NCBI RefSeq assembly: GCF_001644705.1
Contig: NZ_CP015137.1
Span: forward strand, 4,620,001 to 4,652,000
DNA: 32,000 nucleotides
Reading direction: 5' to 3'
Origin: Dickeya solani IPO 2222
Lineage (GTDB): Bacteria; Pseudomonadota; Gammaproteobacteria; Enterobacterales; Enterobacteriaceae
The position numbers and the translations under genes were made by a program. Positions within the stretch are counted from its first letter, which is position 1, and each line of letters begins with the position of its first letter. Below, one piece after another: positions 11,907-20,875 of the stretch. The notes under the pieces are model-generated. The model was not told the origin of the DNA. It saw only the letters and a program-made list of their open reading frames with translations, and did no database searches.

Positions 11907-12779
11907 ATGGCGACCGCATGCAATCACTGGCCCTCCCCGGCCAAGCTGAATCTGTTTTTGTACATCACCGGCCGTCGCCCGGACGGCTACCACAATCTGC
12001 AGACGCTGTTTCAGTTTTTGGATTACGGCGACACTCTGACCATCACCCCACGGCAAGATCAGCAAATTGTGTTATTGACGCCGTTACCCGGTGTCCCCGA
12101 TGAACAAAATCTGGCGGTTCGCGCCGCCCGCCAGTTGCAGACCTATTGTCAGCAGGCCGGGTTACCGTTTGCCGGCGCCGATATCGCCGTCGACAAACGT
12201 CTGCCGATGGGCGGCGGCCTGGGCGGTGGTTCGTCAAACGCCGCCACCGTACTGGTGGCGCTGAACCAGCTGTGGGGCAGCCAGATACCGGTCGACACGC
12301 TGGCCGCACTGGGCCTGAAACTGGGAGCGGATGTCCCGGTATTCGTGCATGGGCACGCCGCGTTCGCCGAAGGCGTGGGAGAACAGCTGACGCCCGCATC
12401 ACCGCCGGAAAAATGGTATCTGGTGATTCATCCCGGCGTCAGCATTCCGACCCCGCTTATCTTTGCCGATCCGGATTTGACGCGAGATACGCCGGTACGC
12501 CCGCTGTCACAATTACTGACACAAACTTTCAGCAACGATTGTGAGGCTGTCGCAAGAAAACGTTTTCGTGAGGTTGAAGAGCGACTTTTATGGCTGTTAG
12601 AATACGCACCGTCGCGCCTGACCGGCACCGGCGCTTGCGTGTTTGCCGAATTCGACACCGAGTCCGCCGCTCGTCAGGTGCTAAACCGGGCCCCGGAAGG
12701 ATTACATGGCTTTGTTGCGCGTGGTGTTAACGTTTCCCCGTTGCAACGGCGGCTTTCCGGGCAATCTAAGGATTGCTAA
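11907..12779 (+). CDS. ispE: 4-diphosphocytidyl-2-C-methyl-D-erythritol kinase
   Basis: 290 aa with [22 protein letters not shown] and the GHMP-kinase motif [14 protein letters not shown]. It starts 4 nt after the lolB stop. Confidence 0.95.
   Translation: MATACNHWPSPAKLNLFLYITGRRPDGYHNLQTLFQFLDYGDTLTITPRQDQQIVLLTPLPGVPDEQNLAVRAARQLQTYCQQAGLPFAGADIAVDKRLPMGGGLGGGSSNAATVLVALNQLWGSQIPVDTLAALGLKLGADVPVFVHGHAAFAEGVGEQLTPASPPEKWYLVIHPGVSIPTPLIFADPDLTRDTPVRPLSQLLTQTFSNDCEAVARKRFREVEERLLWLLEYAPSRLTGTGACVFAEFDTESAARQVLNRAPEGLHGFVARGVNVSPLQRRLSGQSKDC
12554..12569. promoter_or_regulatory. PurR-box-like palindrome inside the 3' part of ispE, upstream of prs
   Basis: AAGAAAACGTTTTCGT matches 13 of 16 positions of the PUR box consensus ACGCAAACGTTTGCGT and includes a perfect 12-bp palindrome, GAAAACGTTTTC. 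It lies about 350 bp upstream of the prs start. E. coli prs is known to be PurR-regulated and to have a long leader. Confidence 0.45.
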
Positions 12780-13856
<1,077 letters not shown>

Positions 13857-13880
13857 TCGATATTTCGGCTGCAATGACTA

Positions 13881-13914
13881 CGCCACCGGATAATGATTAT
13901 CCGGTGGCGTTTTT
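13881..13914 (+). terminator. prs rho-independent terminator
   Basis: Stem cgccaccgga...tccggtggcg followed by TTTTT, starting 25 nt after the prs stop. Confidence 0.8.
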
Positions 13915-13979
13915 ATTAGAGACGAAGAACATTTCCGTATTTTTACTGAAATACTCAATCGTTCAACAGGATCCTTAAA

Positions 13980-14106
13980 TATACCCGTCATACTTCAAGT
14001 TGCAGGTGCGTTGGCTACGTTCGTTCACCCGAATCACTTGCCTGAGTAAGCTCATCGGGATTCATTCACTTGCCGCCTTCCTGCAACTCGAATTATTTGG
14101 GGTATA
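13980..14106 (+). repeat. ERIC (enterobacterial repetitive intergenic consensus / IRU) element, full length (~127 bp)
   Basis: tatacccgtcatacttcaagttgcaggtgcgttggc...gtaagctcatcgggattcat...cttgccgccttcctgcaactcgaattatttggggtata matches the ERIC consensus along its whole length, including both terminal TATACCC/GGGTATA ends. Confidence 0.85.
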
Positions 14107-14121
14107 GACCGGAATGATCGG

Positions 14122-14907
14122 TTATAGAGCAACTTTGCGCTGAGTCCTGGCTTGTAACGCTTTAACTACAGCTTCCCCAAGCGCCGTTGCAGAAGCTGGG
14201 TTTTGTCCGGTCATTAAACGCCCATCAACAACAACGTTGTTCTCAAATATTGGTGCTTCTTCAAACTTTGCCCCGCCTTTCTTCAAAGCACCTTCCAGTT
14301 CAAATGGCACGATCTTGTCATACTGCCGGGAAACCTCTTCCGCTGCTGTAAATCCGGTGAGGCGACGATCTTTGATTAAGCTTTCACCGTTGCTGAGTTT
14401 CACATTTATGAGCCCTGCCGGGCCATGACAAACAGCACTAATAACATCATTGTTTTCGTACATAGTTCGCACAATATTATTGAGTTCAGTATTATTTACA
14501 AAATCCCACATCGGACCATGACCACCGACGAGCAGAATCGCAGAATATTTTGATGGGTCAACATCCGATAATTTAATCGTTTGACCAAGCTTGTTTCGGT
14601 GTTGAGGGTTGGTCCAAAAATCCAGGCTAGCCTGATCTTTCAAGTCGAAACCATCGAAAGGAGCCAAGCCACCTTTGGGACTTGCAATGTCAAAGTCAAA
14701 ACCCGCTTTATCAAAGACCTTTACTGGATGAGTCAATTCTGGAAACCAAAACCCCCCAACGAGATTTTCTGTTTTCTTATCCAGACTGGAGACGACAATT
14801 AATATCTTTTCCTGTTTTTGAGTTTCCTGGGCAGCCCCCGCAATAGCAGATGCCGAGAATACGGTAATGGCGATGATGAGACGCACAAAATACGTTGCAA
14901 GTGACAT
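14122..14907 (-). CDS. DJ-1/PfpI (class I glutamine amidotransferase-like, Hsp31-type) protein with N-terminal signal peptide
   Basis: I place the start at ATG 14907, which has an AGGA RBS 7 nt upstream; the ORF-track start at 14955 lacks one. The signal-like N-terminus is MSLATYFVRLIIAITVFSASAIA|GA. The nucleophile-elbow motif is AVCHGP, with LLVGGHGPMWD upstream. Confidence 0.8.
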   Translation of the reverse strand: MSLATYFVRLIIAITVFSASAIAGAAQETQKQEKILIVVSSLDKKTENLVGGFWFPELTHPVKVFDKAGFDFDIASPKGGLAPFDGFDLKDQASLDFWTNPQHRNKLGQTIKLSDVDPSKYSAILLVGGHGPMWDFVNNTELNNIVRTMYENNDVISAVCHGPAGLINVKLSNGESLIKDRRLTGFTAAEEVSRQYDKIVPFELEGALKKGGAKFEEAPIFENNVVVDGRLMTGQNPASATALGEAVVKALQARTQRKVAL

Positions 14908-15086
14908 ATGATTTCCTTCGGATTGTTGGTGTGCCCTCACTGTATCTGAGTTCAAAACCCAGAGGTAGACAGCTAAAACGGAACAGATTGTTTAAAAAAA
15001 CATGCCAATAGCCTTGTATTAAGGTGAATTATTACCACAGAATATAAATACGCGAACGAGATGAAAATAATACGAGAGGATTCGAG

Positions 15087-15989
15087 ATGAGCCAGAACAA
15101 TGATTTTGATGGGTTGCCGGAATTTCTGGCTATCTCGAAAAGGCTTAGTATTCGGAAAGCGGCTATCGATCTTGGCAAAACACCAGGTTCAATCAGTCAA
15201 GCGTTGCAGAAATTGGAGAATCGCCTTGGCATGCTACTTTTTCATAGGACAACGCGTAAAATGGCATTGACAGAGGCCGGAAAGAACCTGCTCTTGAAGA
15301 TAGAGCCCGCTGCGCGTGCAATTTCAGTAAGTCTCGAAGACGCGGTTCAGTCGTCAAAGGCTCCGGCTGGGACATTGAGGTTAATCGTAGAGCGTCTGGC
15401 CTTACCGCATGTTATTGAACCTTTATTACCCGCATTTCGCCAGGAATGGCCAAATGTAAACCTGGATATTACTGTCAGTAATCGCCACAACAATTTTATT
15501 TCTGAGGGTTATGATGCGGGTATCTTGATCGGTTCATACATTGAGCAGGATATGATTGCGATACGACTTTCCAGGCCTTTTCAATGGGCGGTTTTTGGGG
15601 CTCCAGCCTATTTCAAACTACATGGGAAACCTAAAGTCACCAATGATCTTGTTCATCATGAATGTATTCGGTTTCGTCGCCCGGAAAAAGGCGATATTTA
15701 TCGTTGGGAATTTATTGAGAACAATGAAACAGTACGTATTGACCCGACAGGAGCCATTACGGTCAATGATGGTGAACTTATGCGTAACCTTGCTGTTAAA
15801 GGGGTCGGCCTCATCTACTCGTCTACATTTCATACTTCACGCGAACTGGCAACGGGAAGCCTCGAGCCCGCACTGCTTGACTGCTCTCCAGGAAACGACG
15901 GCCTTTTTCTTTACTTTTCTAAAGCGGGTAGAAATCAACCCAAGTTACGCGCGTTTATTGAGACATGTTCCCGTATAATGAATGTTTAA
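15087..15989 (+). CDS. LysR-family transcriptional regulator
   Basis: 300 aa with an N-terminal wHTH (FLAISKRLSIRKAAIDLGKTPGSISQALQKLENRLGMLLFHRTTRKMALTEAG) and a C-terminal substrate-binding fold. It is divergent from the DJ-1-like gene across a 179-bp AT-rich spacer. RBS: gAGAGGAttcgagATG. Confidence 0.85.
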   Translation: MSQNNDFDGLPEFLAISKRLSIRKAAIDLGKTPGSISQALQKLENRLGMLLFHRTTRKMALTEAGKNLLLKIEPAARAISVSLEDAVQSSKAPAGTLRLIVERLALPHVIEPLLPAFRQEWPNVNLDITVSNRHNNFISEGYDAGILIGSYIEQDMIAIRLSRPFQWAVFGAPAYFKLHGKPKVTNDLVHHECIRFRRPEKGDIYRWEFIENNETVRIDPTGAITVNDGELMRNLAVKGVGLIYSSTFHTSRELATGSLEPALLDCSPGNDGLFLYFSKAGRNQPKLRAFIETCSRIMNV

Positions 15990-16009
15990 AATTTATAATA
16001 TATTTTATG

Positions 16010-16135
16010 TTTAAAATAATTCAAATTGCAGGACAAGGCTCATTTTAGCCTTGTAATACGGTCCCAAAGTAGCGAAACACAGGGGGACCGAGTAGCAAAG
16101 CCAGAGCACCTGCAACTTGAAGTATTATGGGTATA
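16010..16135 (-). repeat. ERIC-like element with a divergent centre, inverted relative to the copy at 13980
   Basis: The right end, gcacctgcaacttgaagtattatgggtata, is the reverse complement of the left end of the first ERIC. The left end, aataattcaaattgcagga, is the reverse complement of its right end. The interior carries its own hairpin (caaggct-catttt-agccttg). The left boundary is approximate. Confidence 0.6.
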
Positions 16136-16217
16136 AACATGTCGACGGATAAAGCGACATTGCCACTATCCGGTTTTCACCGAATAGCGCTTATTGGATA
16201 TAGCCGTTACTCGTTAC

Positions 16218-16487
16218 TCAGGGATGCCGCTCGCGGCGGCAACGCTTATCAAAGTGCTTCAGCCACCAATAACGATCCGTCACGTTTTCCCGTCCACTAA
16301 TACGCGCGCCCGCCAGCCACAGTATTGCACCGGAAAAAATAGCCAGCAGTTCTACGTAATAGAGTGAACCCGGCAAATTCAATTCAGGCAATTGATTAGC
16401 AATCGAATAGGCTATTCCAGCGATCATAAGCAACATACCTAATCCCATAAATACATTGCCCATCATTACAGCATTTCTACGTTTCAT
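16218..16487 (-). CDS. ychH: YchH family small inner-membrane protein
   Basis: 89 aa. MKRRNAVMMGNVFMGLGMLLMIAG...ILWLAGARISGRENVTDRYWWLKHFDKRCRR aligns with my memory of E. coli YchH. It sits upstream of and divergent from pth, as in E. coli. Confidence 0.85.
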   Translation of the reverse strand: MKRRNAVMMGNVFMGLGMLLMIAGIAYSIANQLPELNLPGSLYYVELLAIFSGAILWLAGARISGRENVTDRYWWLKHFDKRCRRERHP

Positions 16488-16732
16488 ATTTCACCTCCAG
16501 AAATATCCAGTGGAAATAATCAGACCAACGGAACGAATTAGAATAGTGCTGCGCGTCTTTCTGATTTATTCTCAGTATAAACAGCCCTCCGCAATGGGGT
16601 TGCGTGAAGGATCACATGTTGGTGATCAACTGCCCCTGCGCTACACTAACGGCTTTGTCAATTCTCCCGACGGGTCGCGTTGTTTTTGGCGACCCCCACC
16701 CCGGAAAAGTATTGCGTGAGTCGTATCAAATT

Positions 16733-17320
16733 ATGAGTGGTATCAAACTGATCGTAGGTCTGGCAAACCCCGGCGCTGAATACGCCGCCACCCGCCATAA
16801 CGCCGGTGCCTGGTACGTTGACCGTCTGGCGGATGCCTACCGGCAGTCGCTAAAAGAAGAGAGCAAGTTTTTCGGCTACACCGCGCGCCTGACGCTGGCA
16901 GGCAACGATGTGCGTCTGCTGGTGCCCACGACGTTCATGAACCTGAGCGGCAAAGCGGTGGCGGCGATGGCGACCTTCTACCGCATCGCGCCGGATGAAA
17001 TCCTGGTGGCGCATGATGAACTGGACTTGCCGCCCGGCGTCGCCAAACTGAAGCTCGGCGGCGGTCACGGCGGCCACAATGGGTTGAAAGATATCGTCAG
17101 TAAACTCGGCAATAACCCCAATTTTCACCGTTTACGCATCGGCATCGGCCATCCAGGCGATAAAAACAAGGTGGTGGGATTTGTGCTGGGCAAACCGCCT
17201 ACCAGCGAACAGACGCTGATCGATCAGGCGATTGACGAATCATTGCGCTGCACCGATATCCTGATGAAGGAAGACATGATCAAAGCCATGAACCGCCTGC
17301 ACGCGTTCAAAGCGTCATGA
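16733..17320 (+). CDS. pth: Peptidyl-tRNA hydrolase
   Basis: I place the start at ATG 16733 ([27 protein letters not shown]..., 195 aa against 194 aa in E. coli). The ORF-track start at 16604 adds 43 non-homologous residues. Confidence 0.93.
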   Translation: MSGIKLIVGLANPGAEYAATRHNAGAWYVDRLADAYRQSLKEESKFFGYTARLTLAGNDVRLLVPTTFMNLSGKAVAAMATFYRIAPDEILVAHDELDLPPGVAKLKLGGGHGGHNGLKDIVSKLGNNPNFHRLRIGIGHPGDKNKVVGFVLGKPPTSEQTLIDQAIDESLRCTDILMKEDMIKAMNRLHAFKAS

Positions 17321-17449
17321 TGGGCGATCGGGCGGATCGAGTTCATGCCGCATTATGTGTATAATTGGCGTCAAGACTGACTTTTTTCATTCTGACAGGC
17401 TTTTTCCAATCAAAGCCTGATGATTAGTGATTTTTAAGGTGACATAAAC

Positions 17450-18541
17450 ATGGGATTCAAATGCGGTATCGTTGGGCTGCCTAACGTGGGTAAATCCACT
17501 CTGTTCAACGCGCTGACCAAAGCCGGCATCGAAGCGGCCAACTTTCCGTTTTGTACTATCGAGCCTAACACCGGCGTAGTGCCGATGCCGGACCTGCGCC
17601 TCGACCAGTTGGCCGAAATCGTCAAACCACAGCGTACCGTCCCCACCACCATGGAGTTCGTGGATATCGCCGGTCTGGTGAAAGGCGCATCCAAAGGCGA
17701 AGGTTTGGGCAACCAATTCCTGACCAACATCCGCGAAACCGAAGCCATCGGCCACGTAGTGCGTTGCTTTGAAAACGACAACATCATTCACGTTTCGGGC
17801 AAGGTCAACCCTGCCGATGATATTGATACCATCAACACTGAGCTGGCGTTGTCGGATCTGGACACCTGTGAACGCGCGCTGCATCGCGTACAGAAGAAAG
17901 CCAAAGGTGGGGATAAAGACGCGAAAGTTGAACAAGCCGCGCTGGAAAAATGTCTGCCGCAGTTGGAAAACGCCGGTATGCTGCGCGCGCTGGATCTCAG
18001 CGCGGAAGAGAAAGCGGCGATCCGCTATCTGAGCTTCCTGACCCTTAAGCCAACGATGTACATTGCCAACGTGAATGAAGACGGCTTCGAGAACAACCCC
18101 TATCTGGATCAGGTTCGCGAAATCGCAGCTAAAGAAGGCTCCGTGGTAGTGCCGGTCTGTGCCGCCGTTGAATCTGACATTGCTGAACTTGATGATGAAG
18201 AGCGCGATGAATTCATGGCCGAGCTGGGTCTGGAAGAGCCAGGCTTAAACCGCGTAATCCGCGCGGGTTATGAATTGCTGAACCTGCAAACCTACTTCAC
18301 CGCTGGCGTAAAAGAAGTCCGCGCCTGGACCATCCCGGTCGGCGCCACTGCCCCGCAGGCAGCCGGTAAAATCCACACCGACTTCGAAAAAGGTTTTATC
18401 CGCGCCCAGACCATCGCCTTTGACGATTTCATCACTTACAAAGGTGAACAAGGCGCTAAAGAAGCCGGGAAAATGCGTTCAGAAGGGAAAGAATATATCG
18501 TTAAAGATGGCGATATTATGAACTTCCTGTTTAACGTCTAA
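17450..18541 (+). CDS. ychF: Redox-regulated ribosome-binding ATPase YchF (Obg-like)
   Basis: 363 aa with the G1 motif GLPNVGKST, and conserved NVNE and C-terminal TGS/MoaD-like regions. It is highly similar to E. coli YchF. Confidence 0.97.
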   Translation: MGFKCGIVGLPNVGKSTLFNALTKAGIEAANFPFCTIEPNTGVVPMPDLRLDQLAEIVKPQRTVPTTMEFVDIAGLVKGASKGEGLGNQFLTNIRETEAIGHVVRCFENDNIIHVSGKVNPADDIDTINTELALSDLDTCERALHRVQKKAKGGDKDAKVEQAALEKCLPQLENAGMLRALDLSAEEKAAIRYLSFLTLKPTMYIANVNEDGFENNPYLDQVREIAAKEGSVVVPVCAAVESDIAELDDEERDEFMAELGLEEPGLNRVIRAGYELLNLQTYFTAGVKEVRAWTIPVGATAPQAAGKIHTDFEKGFIRAQTIAFDDFITYKGEQGAKEAGKMRSEGKEYIVKDGDIMNFLFNV

Positions 18542-18600
18542 TTTGCTTCTGTTGTCTTCATGAGGTTTCACTGAATCTCATGAATGTCGACAAACCCATA

Positions 18601-18632
18601 AAATCCACGCAGTTGCGTGGATTTTTCTTTTT
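18601..18632 (+). terminator. ychF rho-independent terminator
   Basis: Stem aaatccacgc / gcgtggattt with a 4-nt loop, followed by ttcttttt. It starts 60 nt after the ychF stop and marks the end of the conserved backbone. Confidence 0.7.
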
Positions 18633-18670
18633 ATGGCGTCTCATTTCATCTCATGGCAGCGCAGTCAAAA

Positions 18671-18723
18671 ATGAGTACAGGCATGAGTACAATCAGTTTC
18701 CATCTTCATTTTTGGTGAGTACA
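18671..18723 (+). repeat. Three direct copies of TGAGTACA just upstream of the integrase gene (possible integrase arm-type or att-proximal sites)
   Basis: aTGAGTACA at 18671-18679, aTGAGTACA at 18683-18691 and gTGAGTACA at 18715-18723. Additional ATGAG/CTCAT motifs occur at 18559-18584 and 18639-18656. Confidence 0.4.
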
Positions 18724-18754
18724 TAGCGGTATAAGAAATAGACAAGGACTCGCT

Positions 18755-19924
18755 ATGCTCACTGATACGCAATGCCGCACTGCTAAGCCGAAAAAAACTC
18801 TATCGACTCAATGACTTCAACGATCTCTATCTCGAAGTGAAACCCAACGGCAAAAAGGCATGGCGCTATCGGTTTAAGCTCAACGGTAAATCCAGCATGT
18901 TCGCATTGGGTGAGTATCCAGCGGTAAAACTTGCCGAAGCGCGGGAGAAATGTGAGCAAGCGCGTAAGCAAGTCACTGAGGGAGTCAACCCGGCACAGGC
19001 TAGAGAAGATCCGCAAGGTTAACGATGCATCCAACACCTTTGAGCTCATCGCCAAAGAGTGGTTGCAGATGAAAGACTGGGCCGAAATCACCAAAACGCG
19101 CCGTCTTGATATGCTGGAGCGTGTGGTTTTCCCCGCTATCGGCAAACTTCCTATCAGAGAAATCACCCCGCATCACACTCTCAAAATACTTCAGGAAACC
19201 GCTAAACGCGGCGCACCGACCGTGGCCGCTGAAGCCCGCCGCACTATTTCATCGGTTTTTGAGCTGGCGGTGGCAACGCTCAGAGCAGACAGCGATCCTG
19301 TCTGGCCTGTACGTAAGGCACTTCCGGCAAACAAGACGCAGCACAAACAGGCATTGAATCCGCAGCAAGTCGGGAAACTATTAAGCTGTTTTGACAATAG
19401 TCGTGGCTCATACCAGGTTAACTATTGCATGTGGCTAATGTGATGAACACTGGCGCGGCCAGCCGAAGTCACCGAAGCGGAATGGGTAGAATTCGATCTC
19501 GATAATGCACTGTGGACCATTCCGGCAACACGAATGAAAGCCCGCAGAGAACACGTTATTCCCCTTCCCTCCCAAGCCGTCAGCATGCTCAGAACACTAC
19601 AGGGGTTAACCGGGCATCGACTGCACCTCTTTCCGGGCCGAGATAACCCACGCGGCCCGATGACATCGCACTCGCTGCGCCAGCTACTTAAAAGCCTCGG
19701 CTGGAATGGAACTTACAGCCCACATGCCACCCGAACTACAGGCAGCACACGTTTAAACGAGATGGGCTATCGGCCTGATGCTATCGAAGCTCAGCTTGCC
19801 CATGCTGATACCAATAATGTGAGGCGCACGTATAACCACGCGACTTATCTTGATGAACGCAAAGTTATTGCAGGATTGGGCAGATAAGCTTGATGGGTGG
19901 GTACAGGCCACTGTCGAGGTATAA
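18755..19924 (+). pseudogene. int: P4/CP4-57-type tyrosine integrase, inactivated by 3 frameshifts and a tandem in-frame stop
   Basis: The pieces read MLTDTQCRTAKPKK|LYRLNDFNDLYLEVKPNGKKAWRYRFKLNGKSSMFALGEYPAVKLAEAREKCEQARKQVTEGVNPAQA|LEKIRKVNDASNTFELIAKEW...YCMWLM**TLARPAEVTEAEWVEFDL...SPHATRTTGSTRLNEMGY...VRRTYNHATYLDERKV|DWADKLDGWVQATVEV*. The lesions are: an A7 tract at 18791-18797, a frameshift near 18995-19003, an in-frame TGA TGA at 19441-19446, and a roughly 2-bp deletion near 19865-19872. The HxxR and Y catalytic contexts are still recognisable. Confidence 0.85.
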
Positions 19925-19953
19925 TTTCAGCAGCGCGGGTACTGACTCGGCGT

Positions 19954-19959
19954 TATAAT
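19954..19959 (+). promoter_or_regulatory. Consensus -10 hexamer (TATAAT) upstream of the Fic gene
   Basis: A perfect TATAAT lies 40 nt upstream of ATG 19999, in the 75-bp gap after the reconstructed integrase stop. There is no good -35 element. Confidence 0.3.
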
Positions 19960-19998
19960 TTTGCTATTACCCATGTCTCACCAATTCAGGGTTTTTAC

Positions 19999-20616
19999 AT
20001 GAGCCGATACCATGTTTCCAGTAGTGAAGGTCAATATGAGAAAGACTCTGGTGAACAGGTTTTATCCAATAAATTGAGCATATCCGATTCTGATGAGATT
20101 GACGGTGCTGAGCTGGTACTTCTGGAACAACTTTATCATTCTGTTTTTGAAGAGCAGTTCCCGCTGGGGCAGATTACCGTAAATACGCTGAAAAGCTGGC
20201 ATCGTCGTTGGTTAGGTAACATCTACGAATGGGCGGGACATGAAAGGACGGTAAATATCAGCAAAGGTGGCTTTATGTTCGCCCCGTCTGCACAATTGCC
20301 AAAATTACTGCACGAATTTGACACTAAATACCTGGCCCGTTATACGCCCTGTGCCAGCATGAGCAAAGAGCAACTCATTGAAGCTATTGCCATAATCCAC
20401 GTAGAGCTGATCCTCATTCATCCCTTCAGAGAGGGAAACGGTCGCTTATCACGACTTTTAGCCGATGTGATGGCGGTTCAGGGAGGATACAAACCCTTGG
20501 ATTACCAAAGCTGGGAGCAGAATAAGACAGAATATATTGCGGCTATCCATGCTGGTATGGCAATGGATTATATGCCGATGAAGCACTGGGTGGGATTGGC
20601 GTTAAGTAATGATTAA
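19999..20616 (+). CDS. Fic/DOC-family protein (putative AMPylase / NMP- or phospho-transferase), 205 aa
   Basis: The canonical Fic active-site motif HPFREGNGRLSR is encoded at 20419-20454 (HxFx[D/E]GNGRxxR). I place the start at ATG 19999 (MSRYHVSSSEGQYEK...). The ORF-track GTG at 19897 would overlap the integrase 3' end. The G+C content is visibly lower than in the backbone. Confidence 0.85.
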   Translation: MSRYHVSSSEGQYEKDSGEQVLSNKLSISDSDEIDGAELVLLEQLYHSVFEEQFPLGQITVNTLKSWHRRWLGNIYEWAGHERTVNISKGGFMFAPSAQLPKLLHEFDTKYLARYTPCASMSKEQLIEAIAIIHVELILIHPFREGNGRLSRLLADVMAVQGGYKPLDYQSWEQNKTEYIAAIHAGMAMDYMPMKHWVGLALSND

Positions 20617-20834
20617 CGGCTCAATCCCCGTACTTAGCAGGAATTTTGTGAATAGTGTTCAGTTAAGTTTAGCTGGTGTGACCTGCTCCCCAATGAGATA
20701 CACACTGAGGTGTAAGAGCAACGTCCGGCCGAGCACAAAACAGATTGTCAGATTAACTACATACTGTAGCCAAAATCCGAACCCATTCAGAAATAGAACT
20801 TAAGCATAATAACAATTTCCCTGAAAGAACGCCG

Positions 20835-20868
20835 TGCCGGTAAACATAATCCTCTACATCTACCGGCA
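20835..20868 (-). terminator. Hairpin just downstream of the giant gene stop (tentative terminator)
   Basis: 8-bp stem tgccggta / taccggca with an 18-nt loop, 8 nt past the TAA stop (20876-20878 on the minus strand), followed on the minus strand by gttctttc. Confidence 0.35.
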
Positions 20869-20875
20869 GCCTGAA

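Noticed and set aside
16604-16732. N-terminal extension of pth to 238 aa, and similar extended starts for prs (12870), ydgH (4867), sirB1 (7728), the DJ-1-like gene (14955), xynA (30052) and Fic (19897)
   Set aside because: In each case, homology to the well-known protein begins at an internal Met/Val with a better RBS, and the extension has no counterpart in remembered orthologues.
20609-20803. 64-aa ORF overlapping the Fic stop codon (ATGATTAA), considered as a downstream-coupled Fic antitoxin
   Set aside because: The translation (MINGSIPVLSRNFVNSVQLSLAGVTCSPMRYTLRCKSNVRPS...) is Cys/Arg/Asn-rich and has no helical periodicity, no SxxxE[G/N] motif and no RBS. It lies in the convergent terminator region. 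The overlap geometry alone is insufficient evidence.
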